Part shown: positions 63,070 through 64,000 of the stretch, piece by piece | Layout of the letters: every line of letters starts with the position of its first letter | How positions within the stretch are numbered: the stretch's first letter is position 1 | Sequence record: AP025967.1 | Strand: one strand, 5' to 3' | Length of the DNA: 64,000 bases | DNA from: a plasmid | Translations under genes and position numbers: made by a program | Notes under the pieces: model-generated | The model's database searches: none | The model's input: the letters and a program-made list of their open reading frames with translations, nothing else | What the model was told of the DNA's origin: nothing

Positions 63070-63630
63070 TTATTTATCCTTTCTAATAAAATCTAAAAGT
63101 CTTTGATACTCATTGAAAAAATTTGTATAACTTAATCTTGAAAGATTGTTTTCATTATAAAGTTCAGTAAAAGAAGCTCCACTACTCATAGAATTTTCAA
63201 TTATCTTTGAAAATTTAAAGAAAAAGAGATTTAAATCTGTAAAATTGCTTTCAAGAGTTTCACAAATTTGCCTTTTCTCTTTCTCATCTCTATAATCTGT
63301 AACCAAGATACAAACTCTATCATCATTACCTATTTCATTTAAAGTTTCCAATGTTCTAAGTAAAGAATTGTAATTACTCGTGCAAGGAATAATAATCTTA
63401 TTACTTTCTTTAATAATATCTAATACCCCTTTTTCTACAAAACCACCAAAATCATAAACGCAATTATCTATTTTTTTTGGAGTCGGTAAAATTTTTGCTT
63501 TTTCAGGATAAATCTTTTCTATAATAGAATTGTCATTGCTTTGTAAAAAATATTCCAGATCTTTAGCAATTGAAAAAGCAAAAGGAGTTTTTCCAACACC
63601 ACCTTTTTTATTTACAACAGATATTATCAT
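63070..63630 (-). CDS. parA: ParA-family ATPase, copy 2
   Basis: KGGVGKT motif. Confidence 0.7.
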   Translation of the reverse strand: MIISVVNKKGGVGKTPFAFSIAKDLEYFLQSNDNSIIEKIYPEKAKILPTPKKIDNCVYDFGGFVEKGVLDIIKESNKIIIPCTSNYNSLLRTLETLNEIGNDDRVCILVTDYRDEKEKRQICETLESNFTDLNLFFFKFSKIIENSMSSGASFTELYNENNLSRLSYTNFFNEYQRLLDFIRKDK

Positions 63631-64000
63631 AAAAAAACCTTTTTTATATTTTTGTATAATATTATATATTATTATTTATTAATAAATAATAAAAATAAAT
63701 AATATTTATTTTTGTTTCTTTGATTTTTTAGTGATAGTTTTGTTTTATATTCTAAATAATCTTCTAAATGTGTAGGTAGCATGAAGTCAAAAAACAATTA
63801 AATTTCATTGATTTTCATAATAAGCTTAATACCTTTGAAAATCCTACAAAAACAATATCTCAAAAAGATATAACAAGATAATTCATCATATTAAAATAAA
63901 AAATAATTATTTCTTATAATTATTTTGTGAAATATTATATAATAATATTATTATTTAAAATTAATTTTATTATATATTAATAAATATTAGTATATTATAG

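Overview
This window is AT-rich DNA typical of a Campylobacter/Helicobacter-type large conjugative plasmid with a pTet-like backbone. It appears to be a mosaic or cointegrate of two related backbones.

Recognisable content:
- A complete VirB/VirD4-type IV secretion (T4SS) operon on the minus strand (virB2, fused virB3/virB4, virB5-like, virB6, virB7, virB8, virB9, virB10, virB11, virD4), with ssb, a Rha-like regulator and topoisomerase III.
- A GC-richer island of about 5.4 kb (about 15650-21055) of Gram-positive origin. It carries tet(O), a rep/primase-like gene, a frameshifted mob gene and a small Cys-rich ORF, and it appears to have been inserted into a small native gene.
- An iteron-type oriV (about 44.6-45.2 kb) next to a RecA-like (AAA_25) Rep gene and a HicB-like gene.
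- A MOBP-type mobilisation module: mobC, a relaxase with the HxDTDNxHCH motif, and a candidate oriT with an ATCCTGC nic core.
- Two copies of a small parA plus RHH-partner locus, and two direct copies of a 2.4 kb segment carrying a Toprim primase-like pseudogene that is broken at different homopolymer tracts in each copy.
- A 5.8 kb gene for an N6-adenine methyltransferase fused to an SNF2 helicase (1947 aa; DarB-like).

Accessory content of most interest:
1. A Hanks-type Ser/Thr kinase next to a VapX/VapD-like pair and a serine recombinase.
2. A 3.6 kb cassette bounded by 72-bp direct repeats. It encodes an outer-membrane (OM) beta-barrel-like protein, a signal-peptide-bearing standalone C39 peptidase-like protein, and a Sec-signal protein carrying a textbook double-glycine (GG) leader motif.
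3. A tightly coupled five-gene minus-strand operon (membrane protein plus four large proteins with no recognisable catalytic motifs) that converges on an FHA-domain gene at the window start.

No rRNA, tRNA or CRISPR array was seen.
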